Of a DNA stretch of 64,000 nt, positions 10,414 to 19,353 are shown piece after piece. The stretch is from NCBI GenBank assembly GCA_037441705.1, contig JBBIRR010000008.1:23925-87924 (forward strand), read 5' to 3'. The notes below the pieces were generated by a model. That model was not told where the DNA came from. It did not search any database and saw only the letters and a list, made by a program, of their open reading frames with translations. The translations under genes and the position numbers were made by a program. The stretch's first letter is position 1, and the number at the start of each line of letters is the position of its first letter. This DNA comes from Ignavibacteriales bacterium (lineage in GTDB: Bacteria; Bacteroidota; Ignavibacteria; UBA10030; UBA6906).

Positions 10414-10855
10414 CAAACTGAAAATCGACAGGTCACCCGACGCCGTCAGGAAGACGGGGAAGGCATTTCTTATCGGCTTCAGCATTATCGGTGCCGTGCT
10501 GTTGATAGCCCACAGCGGCTGGTTCCGATTCGATTTTGCTCAGGGCGTGCAGAGCATCGGATGGCGGTGGTTTGCAGGATTGGGCGTGGGTCTGTTTATT
10601 CTCAGCCGCGTCGCCTATCCGTTGATGAAGCCCATCCACATCGCCTGGATGACACTCGCCTTTGCCTTAGGATGGTTCAACACAAGGCTGCTCTTGGGGA
10701 TCTTCTTCTACCTTATCCTCACACCCATAGGCGTTGTGATGAGGTTACTGGGTGTAGATTTGATCGATCAAAAAATCGATCGGCGTGCAGAGAGCTATTG
10801 GAAGAAGCGCGACCTCAGCAAATTCGACCCGAAGCATGTAACGCGAACGTTCTGA
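10406..10855 (+). CDS. SxtJ-family membrane protein
   Basis: WMTLAFALGWFNTRLLLGIFFYLILTPIG..SYW pattern; overlaps the carbamoyltransferase stop. Confidence 0.8.
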   Translation: MTNKLKIDRSPDAVRKTGKAFLIGFSIIGAVLLIAHSGWFRFDFAQGVQSIGWRWFAGLGVGLFILSRVAYPLMKPIHIAWMTLAFALGWFNTRLLLGIFFYLILTPIGVVMRLLGVDLIDQKIDRRAESYWKKRDLSKFDPKHVTRTF

Positions 10856-10895
10856 TGTTATTCACTACACTCATACACACTGGAGGAGCAGAATA

Positions 10896-11060
10896 ATGGC
10901 ACGCAGCAAATTTGCCATCCTGGGGGAACTGTGGGAGTTCATGAAGGTGAGGAAGAAGTGGTGGCTTGGTCCCATCGTGTTCATGCTGCTTGCGCTGGGC
11001 CTGCTGTTGGTGTTCACGCAAGGCTCGGCACTGGCACCGTTCATCTACACGCTGTTCTAA
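10896..11060 (+). CDS. SxtK/DUF5989-family small membrane protein (54 aa, not in ORF track)
   Basis: MARSKFAILGELWEFMKVRKKWWLGPIVFMLLALGLLLVFTQGSALAPFIYTLF*; GGAGGA RBS; RKKWWL.P and APFIYTLF signature. Confidence 0.88.
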   Translation: MARSKFAILGELWEFMKVRKKWWLGPIVFMLLALGLLLVFTQGSALAPFIYTLF

Positions 11061-11134
11061 TTACACTGTCGGTCGGCATTTCTCGAACGGACACTCGAAC
11101 GTCGAGTGTCCGTTGTGCTTTGATGCTCCAACCT

Positions 11135-12340
11135 TTATCTGGTTGTTTGCACGGGGGGACGCTCGTGCACAGCATTCACCATGTTTCGTTGTGCGGGGAT
11201 GCGCTGCATCGGCGTTGCCTTCAAATACTCGCACAGTGCGCGCCCCACAATGTTGTGTCCTTCCGGCGTCAGGTGCCCATCCACGGCAAAGAATAATGGA
11301 GGTCCGATCAGATTGTGCCGGAGAACGGGAAGGGCGTCAACGAATTCGATTCCCGACGTTGAGAAAAAGTCACGCAACAACCGTTGGGGTTTCTCCAGAT
11401 CGTACTCGCGTGGGTCGAGCTGGAGGGCTGCAATATATTCATCCCATGTCGTCTTGTACACCTGGTAGCTCGCGGGCAGGATCAGCACGATGAGTCGCTC
11501 CTGATGCTCGGCTGTTTCCTGCGCCAGATACTGCAGGATCGTTTGCGTGTAGCCCCAGTTTCGCTGCATCCGTTCTGAAAACTCTCGCCGACAGAAATCC
11601 GGAGGAAGATTGTAGGGCCTCAACCCGAAGAGCGACAGAAGCTGCGAACTCCGGTCGCGCAGAAAGACGTACAGATGTGAATTCATACTGAGATAGGCCC
11701 GCAGGGGTTGCGTGAGGCGCCGCACGAAGCTGTGTTCCCTTTCACCCGATAGCTTGGACACAAGATTGCCGTCAACCACCTGCAGTGTCGGGTTTCCCGT
11801 CGCGTCGTAGAGGTCAGCCGATTCGACGAAGTCGTTCCCCACAAAGAAGGCGAGGAGAACAATGTCGGGCTGCAAGTGCGAGCGATACTTCTGAAGGAAG
11901 CGATGTTCCTGCAGCGGACTGTAGGCCGGAACGCCGCAGTTGATTACCTCCACCGGATGAGCGACGGTCGAGATGCATGCTTCGAGGCGCTTGAGGAATG
12001 TTTGTTCGAGCGTCACGCCGTTACCGAACGTAAATGAGTCTCCCAGACCGATGATGCGCGTCGCGTGGAGCGTTTTTGGTGGAATCTCGTTGTCTCGTAC
12101 CCCGAAGCTGTTGATTTCCACCGGAATGGAGAACTCATAACTGGAGTGGATCGTTCGATATCCTTTTTGCATCGAGAAAACGAGCGTGCTATCCGGCTCG
12201 AAACACGCGAGGTTGTTGTCCAGACGTTGGGGGCTGAGCAGGCGAATGAAGAGTTCGCCCGCAAGGAGTGCCAGAAGGATTCCTGGCACCGAGAGAAGCA
12301 TTGACTTGAGGAATGAATTCACGCGGCTTGGGGATTTCAT
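11135..12340 (-). CDS. Membrane-anchored SGNH/GDSL (AlgX/AlgJ-like) hydrolase or acyltransferase
   Basis: N-terminal TM; LGDSFTFG, INCGVPAYS, FVGND, DGHLTPEGH blocks. Confidence 0.88.
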   Translation of the reverse strand: MKSPSRVNSFLKSMLLSVPGILLALLAGELFIRLLSPQRLDNNLACFEPDSTLVFSMQKGYRTIHSSYEFSIPVEINSFGVRDNEIPPKTLHATRIIGLGDSFTFGNGVTLEQTFLKRLEACISTVAHPVEVINCGVPAYSPLQEHRFLQKYRSHLQPDIVLLAFFVGNDFVESADLYDATGNPTLQVVDGNLVSKLSGEREHSFVRRLTQPLRAYLSMNSHLYVFLRDRSSQLLSLFGLRPYNLPPDFCRREFSERMQRNWGYTQTILQYLAQETAEHQERLIVLILPASYQVYKTTWDEYIAALQLDPREYDLEKPQRLLRDFFSTSGIEFVDALPVLRHNLIGPPLFFAVDGHLTPEGHNIVGRALCEYLKATPMQRIPAQRNMVNAVHERPPVQTTR

Positions 12341-12515
12341 CCGTACGAGCTTGGTCCAGCTAATCGTGTATACTTGTTCTCGGAGCTGGGTTGCTGAAGC
12401 CCGGAGACGACTTCAAAGAACAAAGCGAGCTTCTTGTGTAAGCGGGCACAAGATAAGCAAACGACCTGCGACTATCAAATGAAATCTGCCCTGAACTGCC
12501 AAGAGTGCGGAGGTG

Positions 12516-12544
12516 AAAAAAAAGGCGGTACCGTAAGTACCGCC
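12516..12544 (-). terminator. Rho-independent terminator after the GH9 gene
   Basis: Stem GGCGGTAC/GTACCGCC (12524-12544) with 5-nt loop, followed by T8 on the minus strand. Confidence 0.85.
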
Positions 12545-12563
12545 CTTTCGGTGGGAATGAAAT

Positions 12564-14657
12564 CTATCGTGTCAGGATCATTTTTCGGGTTTCCACAAAA
12601 TCTCCAGAAATCATCTGGTAAAAGTAGATGCCTGAAGATGTCACATTGCCCGCGTTGTCGCGCCCATCCCAAGTGACTTCCGTAAACCCTCGTTCGTATG
12701 TACCATTCACCAGTGTCCGTACCTCTTGCCCAAGCACATTGTAGATGGTCAGGCGAACGGTGGTGGATCGTGGAACCGCAAAGCGGATCGTGGTTGAGGG
12801 ATTGAAAGGATTCGGGTAGTTTTGTTCGAGCCAGAAGTCGCGCGGCAGGTTGTCCTCTTCTTGTGTAGAGGCCGGTCCCCCGCGGGCATACCTGCGAGCT
12901 GCATAAAGATTGTAGAGGAGCGCAGCATTCCAGTTAATGGCGACCTCGTTCGTTGACCAACTGTCATTGTCGGTAAAGCGTCCCTCCACAGGCTCGTTTC
13001 CGTTGCGGGGATTGGCCGGGTCACCCCAGTATCCCCAGATCGGGAACGGTTGGTTATTCGGGTAGGAGACATCGTTCCCGTCCGGCCATTGATTCGGTCC
13101 GCCGGCAAGCGCGCCCGGGAAATGCCACGGGTTGGCATTGAGGGCCTTCATCCAGTGGTGGAATCCGCGCAGCCGCGGCTTGGAAACGCCGGTGACACCA
13201 CTCAGGTAGCACTGGTTCATATAGTTTCTGCCAAAAATCCACTCGAGATTGAACAGTGCCTGATCGAGATCGGCCGTTCGTGTCGTATCCAGATAGTATG
13301 CTCTCCAGGAAAACTGTCCGCTGCGATGCATTCCGTTGCTGGCGCTTCCCCAGTAGTAGTGCGTTGCGAATTGGAAGGGATGCGTGTTGCCATCATTGCG
13401 GACGCCATCAGCCATCTGAAAGATCCTCTGCCGAATCTCCTCCTTTCGTGCAGAGCTGGCGCCGGAGGGGACGCGAAGATACAGGCTTGCCGCAAAGCCT
13501 TCGCTCTTGCTGAACGAACTGATCCAACCGATCGGTTCATAGTATTGTTGAAAGGCCGCCTCGTACTGCGTCTCACCGGTCGCGTAGAGTAACCCTGCTG
13601 CCGCCCACATCCGGTTGGTTCTCAACAGGTGTGCGTCGTTTCCCTGAGCGTAGTTGTTGAAGTTAATCCCGCCGCAGCCGGCGCATCCGTCGTACGTGGC
13701 ATTGGGGTTTGCAAGCATCCATGTCCAGCCGCTGCGGGCCGCTGCAAGACATCGGTTTGCGAAGGCTTGGTCGTACGAACGAAAGATACCCGAAGCATAT
13801 CCGAGAACGGCAATAGCTTTGGCAGTGGCCTGGACGGTTGGCGGGACGGTCTTCATGTACGGTGAGACACTTTGCGGAAACGTTGTACCGTACGGATACG
13901 AGTTGGTTCCGTTGTTTGCAGTGGCGTTGCACCAGAAGCCGCCGTTTGCGTCTTGCATGGACAGCAGCCACTCGAGACCCCACCGCGCCTCATCCAGAAG
14001 ATCCGGGACGCCGTTTCCGCTTTCAGGAATGTTCATGTTGTCATCCATCGGACGGAAGTCCGACCACGCCTCCAGCATCCAGAAGATGGACTGAGTCATC
14101 GTCGCATTGTACACCGTGAGGTCGCCTGCATCATGCCATCCTTTGACGACACCCGCAGGAGCCAGGTGCGCATCCGTCGGATGATACCAGGGTCCTTCGG
14201 CGTGCGTCTGCAGGATAGCTGTGAAGGCGCGCTGATAATAGAAGAAGCGAAACGTCGCGCGCAGGGGCTGATCAAAGATATCCGATCGAATATCAAACGG
14301 ATAAGATTCGAGATTCCCGATGACGATCTTGTATCGGCCGGGAGTTCGGAAGGACGAAAAATCTCCCACCCAAACCGTCGCGCCGTTCAGCACCCCTTGC
14401 TGATCGTTCACCGAGCGAAGCGGTCCACCACCTGTGAACACGGTGGCATTGTCACTCACACGCCTGATCGTGAACGAACTGAACTGCGACGGTGAAGTAA
14501 ACTGTTTCTTGCTGTTGGGTAGGAAACCAAGCTGCGTTGCGGCAATCTTATCGAACGCCAGAATGCCGCTGGGTCCGTTGGGATTGTCTTGCGCCGTCAG
14601 AGGAGAGTTGCACAGGACAAGGATGGCGGCCAATGAAATCCACTTCAAGCACGTCAT
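12564..14657 (-). CDS. Secreted glycoside hydrolase family 9 with Ig-like N-domain and C-terminal FlgD-Ig/T9SS type A sorting domain
   Basis: Signal peptide; GWHDAGD, PESGNGVPDLLDEARW, DSWSTNEVAINWNA; tail LEQNYPNPFNPSTTIRF...SGIYFYQM...RKMILTR. Confidence 0.9.
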   Translation of the reverse strand: MTCLKWISLAAILVLCNSPLTAQDNPNGPSGILAFDKIAATQLGFLPNSKKQFTSPSQFSSFTIRRVSDNATVFTGGGPLRSVNDQQGVLNGATVWVGDFSSFRTPGRYKIVIGNLESYPFDIRSDIFDQPLRATFRFFYYQRAFTAILQTHAEGPWYHPTDAHLAPAGVVKGWHDAGDLTVYNATMTQSIFWMLEAWSDFRPMDDNMNIPESGNGVPDLLDEARWGLEWLLSMQDANGGFWCNATANNGTNSYPYGTTFPQSVSPYMKTVPPTVQATAKAIAVLGYASGIFRSYDQAFANRCLAAARSGWTWMLANPNATYDGCAGCGGINFNNYAQGNDAHLLRTNRMWAAAGLLYATGETQYEAAFQQYYEPIGWISSFSKSEGFAASLYLRVPSGASSARKEEIRQRIFQMADGVRNDGNTHPFQFATHYYWGSASNGMHRSGQFSWRAYYLDTTRTADLDQALFNLEWIFGRNYMNQCYLSGVTGVSKPRLRGFHHWMKALNANPWHFPGALAGGPNQWPDGNDVSYPNNQPFPIWGYWGDPANPRNGNEPVEGRFTDNDSWSTNEVAINWNAALLYNLYAARRYARGGPASTQEEDNLPRDFWLEQNYPNPFNPSTTIRFAVPRSTTVRLTIYNVLGQEVRTLVNGTYERGFTEVTWDGRDNAGNVTSSGIYFYQMISGDFVETRKMILTR

Positions 14658-14838
14658 AGTACCCCCTCTTGATTGAATGGGTTTCTTGGCACAACCGGCA
14701 CCTGAAATATAATGAATAAATCAGGTAAAGCAAGCTCGCGCGGTGGAAATACCGATTAAAAATCAGTAATAACAGTCAAATGATTGAGAGGAGAGAATTC
14801 CAGTGGGATGAGTCGGATGGATAAGGCAGGCCCTCGGC

Positions 14839-15804
14839 TTACCATTTCACCGTGAGCGTGAACATATGCGATGGTTGGTAGTAGCGTCTGGTATACCTGT
14901 ATCCGTAGTCGAACGCGAATTGCGAGTAGGAGATCCCGAGTCCGAACCGCGGTTCCAGGTCGCTACCCCTGAAAACGAAACCGCCTCTTACAGCGGCGCG
15001 GAAGGCATCGGCCGACCAGAAAGGATAGTACTCTCCACCAAACTTAAAGATGATTCCTCGCTCGCCAACAACCTTTTCATTTTGAAATGCCAGAACAATC
15101 TTTTCTGTTTGATCCGCGAAGGGATAGTCAATCGCAACCGAGAGGGCGAGGACTCTTGATATTCGTGGTGTAAACACATCCGTACGCAGGACGGGCGCAA
15201 CCACCTTGTAATCCGTGCTGATGCCTTTTACGCTCAGGCCGTAGCGAATGTAGCGCGAGGGGGCGTACGCGAGTCCGAAGTCGCCGCCGAATGCCCAAAC
15301 CGAATTCGGGCCGGTTGTTGAAGTGATAGCCTGGACGTTGATTCCGATCGCTAACGCCTCAGCGATTTCTCTTCCATATCCCAGACCTGTGCGCAGTTCG
15401 TATCCGAGGTTGCGCACACTCGCGTTCGTGTAGAAGTCCGTGCCGCCAAAATGCAGGATGTCCACCGCAAAAGCGATTCCGTCCACGCGCGTTGCCTTGT
15501 ATGCGACTCCCAAATGTTCGAACGTAATTCCCTTCTGTACTCTGAGAAAGCTGTAATCAACAAGCGAGGTTGTGAGAAGTCCGAGCACGGCCGGGTTGGT
15601 ACCGAAACCGGAGAAGTTATCGAGAACCGGGTCGGCAGCATCCGCCATCCCCATCAGTCGAGCACTGCTTGCTATGAACGGGAACTGCGGGCCTACTTTC
15701 TGGCCAACCGGCTGAGCATGGGCTGTGTGTGATCCCAACAGGAGAAGACCGACAAGGAAAGCGGACTGGTAATGATGCTTCAAAACAAACGCGAGTGTTT
15801 TCAT
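14839..15804 (-). CDS. Outer-membrane beta-barrel, PorV/UPF0164-like
   Basis: Signal peptide AHA/QP; SARLMGMADA..NPAVL motif; amphipathic beta-strands; C-terminal aromatic residue. Confidence 0.6.
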   Translation of the reverse strand: MKTLAFVLKHHYQSAFLVGLLLLGSHTAHAQPVGQKVGPQFPFIASSARLMGMADAADPVLDNFSGFGTNPAVLGLLTTSLVDYSFLRVQKGITFEHLGVAYKATRVDGIAFAVDILHFGGTDFYTNASVRNLGYELRTGLGYGREIAEALAIGINVQAITSTTGPNSVWAFGGDFGLAYAPSRYIRYGLSVKGISTDYKVVAPVLRTDVFTPRISRVLALSVAIDYPFADQTEKIVLAFQNEKVVGERGIIFKFGGEYYPFWSADAFRAAVRGGFVFRGSDLEPRFGLGISYSQFAFDYGYRYTRRYYQPSHMFTLTVKW

Positions 15805-15822
15805 GGATGCCTTCAGCTAAGC

Positions 15823-16515
15823 TCAGCGTCCCACGTCGGTCAGTTGGATGATGGTAAAGATGAATGCAACATCGCGGAAGAACTCCCCAAAATCTTTGAT
15901 CACATTCTGCTGGCGCGGCACGAAGACAATTTCTCCCGGCTTCACTTTGGGAATGTTATCAATATCCGACCGGTCGAGGTAGTCTTCCAGGTTGACCTCA
16001 GTAGCGGGAACGGTTTTGTCTTTGTGAAAGATCTTGATCTTGTTGATGCGAGCCTCGGGAGTGTAGCCACCAGCCATCGAAATCAGTTCCAACAAATTGG
16101 TTTCAATGGAGACGGGGTAGTTTTCGGGTCGCACCACGGCACCCAGAATGGTAACCCGTTGTCCGATGGATGAAACGGCTGAAACAGTGATCTTGATGTC
16201 TCCCTGAATGTATTCCGCCAGCCTTTTCTCTAAACTTTTGATGAATTCGTCTTTGGTGAGACCTGCCGCTTTCACGTCACCGATGAGCGGCATGGTGAAC
16301 ATGCCGTTGTCCTTCACGGTTTGGGTTGTGGTAAACTCATTGTAACCCCAGACTGTAACTAAGAGCTGGTCACCCTTGTTGATGATATAGTCTGGCCCCT
16401 GGCCTCTTGCATTCGGTGCCAACGCAACAAACAACAGCACCACCGCAAGAAGCGCAACGATTCTCGAGCGACGAACCATTCGTGCATTAATCCTCATAAC
16501 CAATACCCTACTCAT
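15823..16515 (-). CDS. Polysaccharide export protein (Wza-like Poly_export + SLBB)
   Basis: YIINKGDQLLVTVWG, MPLIGDVKAAGLT, VTILGAVVRP, LISMAGG, PGEIVFVP. Confidence 0.9.
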   Translation of the reverse strand: MSRVLVMRINARMVRRSRIVALLAVVLLFVALAPNARGQGPDYIINKGDQLLVTVWGYNEFTTTQTVKDNGMFTMPLIGDVKAAGLTKDEFIKSLEKRLAEYIQGDIKITVSAVSSIGQRVTILGAVVRPENYPVSIETNLLELISMAGGYTPEARINKIKIFHKDKTVPATEVNLEDYLDRSDIDNIPKVKPGEIVFVPRQQNVIKDFGEFFRDVAFIFTIIQLTDVGR

Positions 16516-16857
16516 GGATGTGATCTTGCTGCATGCGTACTGTCGAATATCGCATGTTTGTTGCCCAATGTAACAAAATGGGCTCCGAAATCCAATCGTT
16601 TTTCGTTGTCGGAATTGTCAATCAAGGCTTGCAAAATGTTCAGGTGTTCATTTCTCAGCGGTGAAGGACCAGCCCCAGAGGTGTTGTCGGTAACAAAAGT
16701 GTTATCCTGCAGGGGTTAAGGTGATTTTCCCCACCATTCCGTCAGCAGGTTTGTTCGATATTCAGATGTGCCGATGTGAGGTGTTACTTTCTTACACACA
16801 TTGCCGATGGTCGCAGAGAAGGGCGTGGTTTTCTTGTGGAGTTGGAGGCTTTCGGTG

Positions 16858-16872
16858 TGGCACAAAGGTTGA
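16858..16872 (+). promoter_or_regulatory. Putative sigma54 (-24/-12) promoter for the gumC operon
   Basis: TGGCAC-AAAGG-TTGA about 80 bp upstream of the ATG; GA instead of GC at -12. Confidence 0.45.
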
Positions 16873-16950
16873 CTCACCTTAACTGATTTACTATCTTTTC
16901 TCACAAAGTTTGACGAGATTGTTTCGCACACCAATCGAGCGAAGGGCGTT

Positions 16951-18276
16951 ATGAAGACGTATGTGACGGTTTCAGAGATCGTGGATATCATTCGGAGACG
17001 GAAGCAATTCTTCATCATTCCGTTTCTGATTATCTCTCTTATCAGCGTCATCGGCGCATACATCCTTCCGAAGCGCTATGAATCCTATACGACGATTCTG
17101 ATCCAGAAAGAGAAGACGCTCAATCCGCTTCTGGACTGGGGCCGGGCGGTGATGTTTGCGATGGCGGATAACCAGCTTGCGTCGTTTAACGAAATTGTTC
17201 TCAGTCGGACGACGATTCAGACCATGCTGGACAGTCTCGGCATCAAGCCGTCGAAGGGCGAGAAGCTCGATGATCTCATCGAGGCCACGCGTCGAAAAAT
17301 CTGGACCGACTTGCGCGGGAACGATTCGTTCAGAATCGGATTTGTGGACAGCGACCCGTATATCTGTCAGCGGGCGGCGACGATTCTATGCAACATTTAC
17401 ATTCACAAGAGCCTCCAGTCGGATCGCCAGCAGGCTGAGGAGACGGTGAGATTCCTCGAGCAGAAGGTTGAAGAACTTCGTCTCCAGTACGAAGCACAGC
17501 AACGGGAATATCTTGAGACGCGCCAGCGCGGGCTGGCCTCGGCACCGATCGGCGAAACGGGCTTGCAGGGCATGTTGGGGAGAGTTCAGGAACAGCTTAC
17601 CGAGAAAGAGCGAGAATTGGAGCAGCAGCAGCGGGCCCTGAGTCAGCTCAAACTTTTTCAGAACAACTTGGATAATCCGGGCGTGGTCAGTCAGATCGCC
17701 GCGCTCGATCCCCAGGGTGGAACGATCCTCTATGTGGACACGCTCAAGGCCGTGTCGCTGCGGTACAACCAAATGCTCAGCCGGTACAAGCCAACGTACC
17801 CGGCCGTACAATCTTTACGTCGGGAGCTTTCCGATCTCCTTGCCAAGAGCATCGACGCTCTGGAAGCGCGCGTCGAGCAAACGAAAGCCGAGCGGGCAAG
17901 TCTTGCCAACCGCCGCGAGAAGACGCAACACGATATTTCCAGTTCGATCAATGTTGATATCGTACAGGGCGCCCGCGGCAGCGAGTATATCCGTGTGAAA
18001 GAGAATTATGACGGCGCGAAACAGAAGCTCGATCAGGCTCGCATCGCGAAGGAGCTTACCGACCGAGGCGCAAGCCGCTACGTGATTCTGGATCCTGCGG
18101 AAGTACCGACGACACCCACGAAGCCCAAGAAGCCGGTCATCATCGGCGGCGGCATGGTGCTGGGGTTTATCGTTGGCCTTGCGGCAATGTTCTTGATGGA
18201 ATACTACGATCCGACGATTCGGCGAAAGCAGGATATCGAAATCTTTCACAAACCCATCATCGGCTATCTGCCATGA
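16951..18276 (+). CDS. Polysaccharide co-polymerase (GumC/Wzc membrane part)
   Basis: Two TMs flanking a coiled-coil periplasmic region; PKRYESYTTILI, ILDPAEVPTTPTKP, DPTIR motifs. Confidence 0.88.
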   Translation: MKTYVTVSEIVDIIRRRKQFFIIPFLIISLISVIGAYILPKRYESYTTILIQKEKTLNPLLDWGRAVMFAMADNQLASFNEIVLSRTTIQTMLDSLGIKPSKGEKLDDLIEATRRKIWTDLRGNDSFRIGFVDSDPYICQRAATILCNIYIHKSLQSDRQQAEETVRFLEQKVEELRLQYEAQQREYLETRQRGLASAPIGETGLQGMLGRVQEQLTEKERELEQQQRALSQLKLFQNNLDNPGVVSQIAALDPQGGTILYVDTLKAVSLRYNQMLSRYKPTYPAVQSLRRELSDLLAKSIDALEARVEQTKAERASLANRREKTQHDISSSINVDIVQGARGSEYIRVKENYDGAKQKLDQARIAKELTDRGASRYVILDPAEVPTTPTKPKKPVIIGGGMVLGFIVGLAAMFLMEYYDPTIRRKQDIEIFHKPIIGYLP

Positions 18277-18337
18277 GGGTCGTGCTGCATGTGCTTGTGA
18301 ATGAATAACTCCAGAGGATTTTAATCATTAGAAACTC

Positions 18338-19084
18338 ATGACTCCGAATATCGAAGACGACAATCTCGCGTCAGACTACAGCAAGTACGAGGATGATGCC
18401 GAGCGGGAACGCTCTCGGCAGCAGCTCATCCGCAAAGGGAAGCTGCTCTTCTATAACCGAAAAGTCACGCCTGAGCTGGACGAATCGGTCGTATCGGTTC
18501 AGCGGTATCACGCGTTTGGGACGAGTCTGTTTCCGAGCAACAACGCCGATGCGCGATTCACCGTAGGCATTACCAGCGCCGGCACCGGAGAGGGGAAAAC
18601 CGTTGTTGCAGCAAACCTCGCGACGTTTCTCGCGCTCGACACGGACGATGACACGGTTCTGATCGATCTCAACTTTTCCAACCCCCGGCAGCATGCTGTG
18701 TTCGGCGTTCCGTCTTCGCCCGGGATGCTCGATGCCGTGCACAACGATACGATCACGCTCTCGCGGACATCCATCAAGGGGTTGTGGCTTGTACCGTTAG
18801 GCTCGCTTGAAGAAAGCAAGGGAGGCCTGAGCAGGATTCTTGAAATCCGAGAGGTTGTTGCCACGCTCAAGCAGCACTTCCGGTTTGTGGTGATCGACCT
18901 TCCCTCGGCGAAGGATCAGAATTTTCCTGCTATGCTCACGAGTCAGCTTGATGGATACATCGTTGTCGTCTCCGTGGGCAAAACGAAGAAGACCGAGATC
19001 AGCAATATCATGCCGATGCTGAACGAGAATAAGGTCATCGGCTTCGTGATGAATCGTGTGTCACACGCGCCGCCGCAAACATGA
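18338..19084 (+). CDS. CpsD/CapB-family BY-kinase-like P-loop protein
   Basis: ITSAGTGEGKT Walker A, VLIDLN, VVIDLP, GFVMN. Confidence 0.85.
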   Translation: MTPNIEDDNLASDYSKYEDDAERERSRQQLIRKGKLLFYNRKVTPELDESVVSVQRYHAFGTSLFPSNNADARFTVGITSAGTGEGKTVVAANLATFLALDTDDDTVLIDLNFSNPRQHAVFGVPSSPGMLDAVHNDTITLSRTSIKGLWLVPLGSLEESKGGLSRILEIREVVATLKQHFRFVVIDLPSAKDQNFPAMLTSQLDGYIVVVSVGKTKKTEISNIMPMLNENKVIGFVMNRVSHAPPQT

Positions 19085-19353
19085 TCGCAATTCTGTTCGT
19101 CCTTGCAGGTATCTACTACGTTGCCTATGTGGAATCGCGCCCGAAACCGGAGAGGGCGCACCCGCTGAAGCGCATGTTTTTTGTCGCGTGCATGGTTGCC
19201 GTTTGCATGTATGGTTACTCGCATTACAAAGCGAACCGGCCGCCCATTGTGGATTACTACCGCATAGGCTGGTATTATCAGATTCGGGATCTCAACGCGT
19301 ACTTTATGCAAATGGGCAGTCGGAACCAGATTCCACTCCCTGAGGGTTGGTAG
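19081..19353 (+). CDS. Small 2-TM hypothetical protein
   Basis: ATGA overlap with the upstream gene and overlap with the downstream gene; two hydrophobic segments. Confidence 0.6.
   Translation: MIAILFVLAGIYYVAYVESRPKPERAHPLKRMFFVACMVAVCMYGYSHYKANRPPIVDYYRIGWYYQIRDLNAYFMQMGSRNQIPLPEGW

Noticed and set aside
8596-11060. Saxitoxin biosynthesis cluster
   Set aside because: Only sxtIJK-like genes are present; these are widespread, and no sxtA/sxtG or other pathway genes occur here
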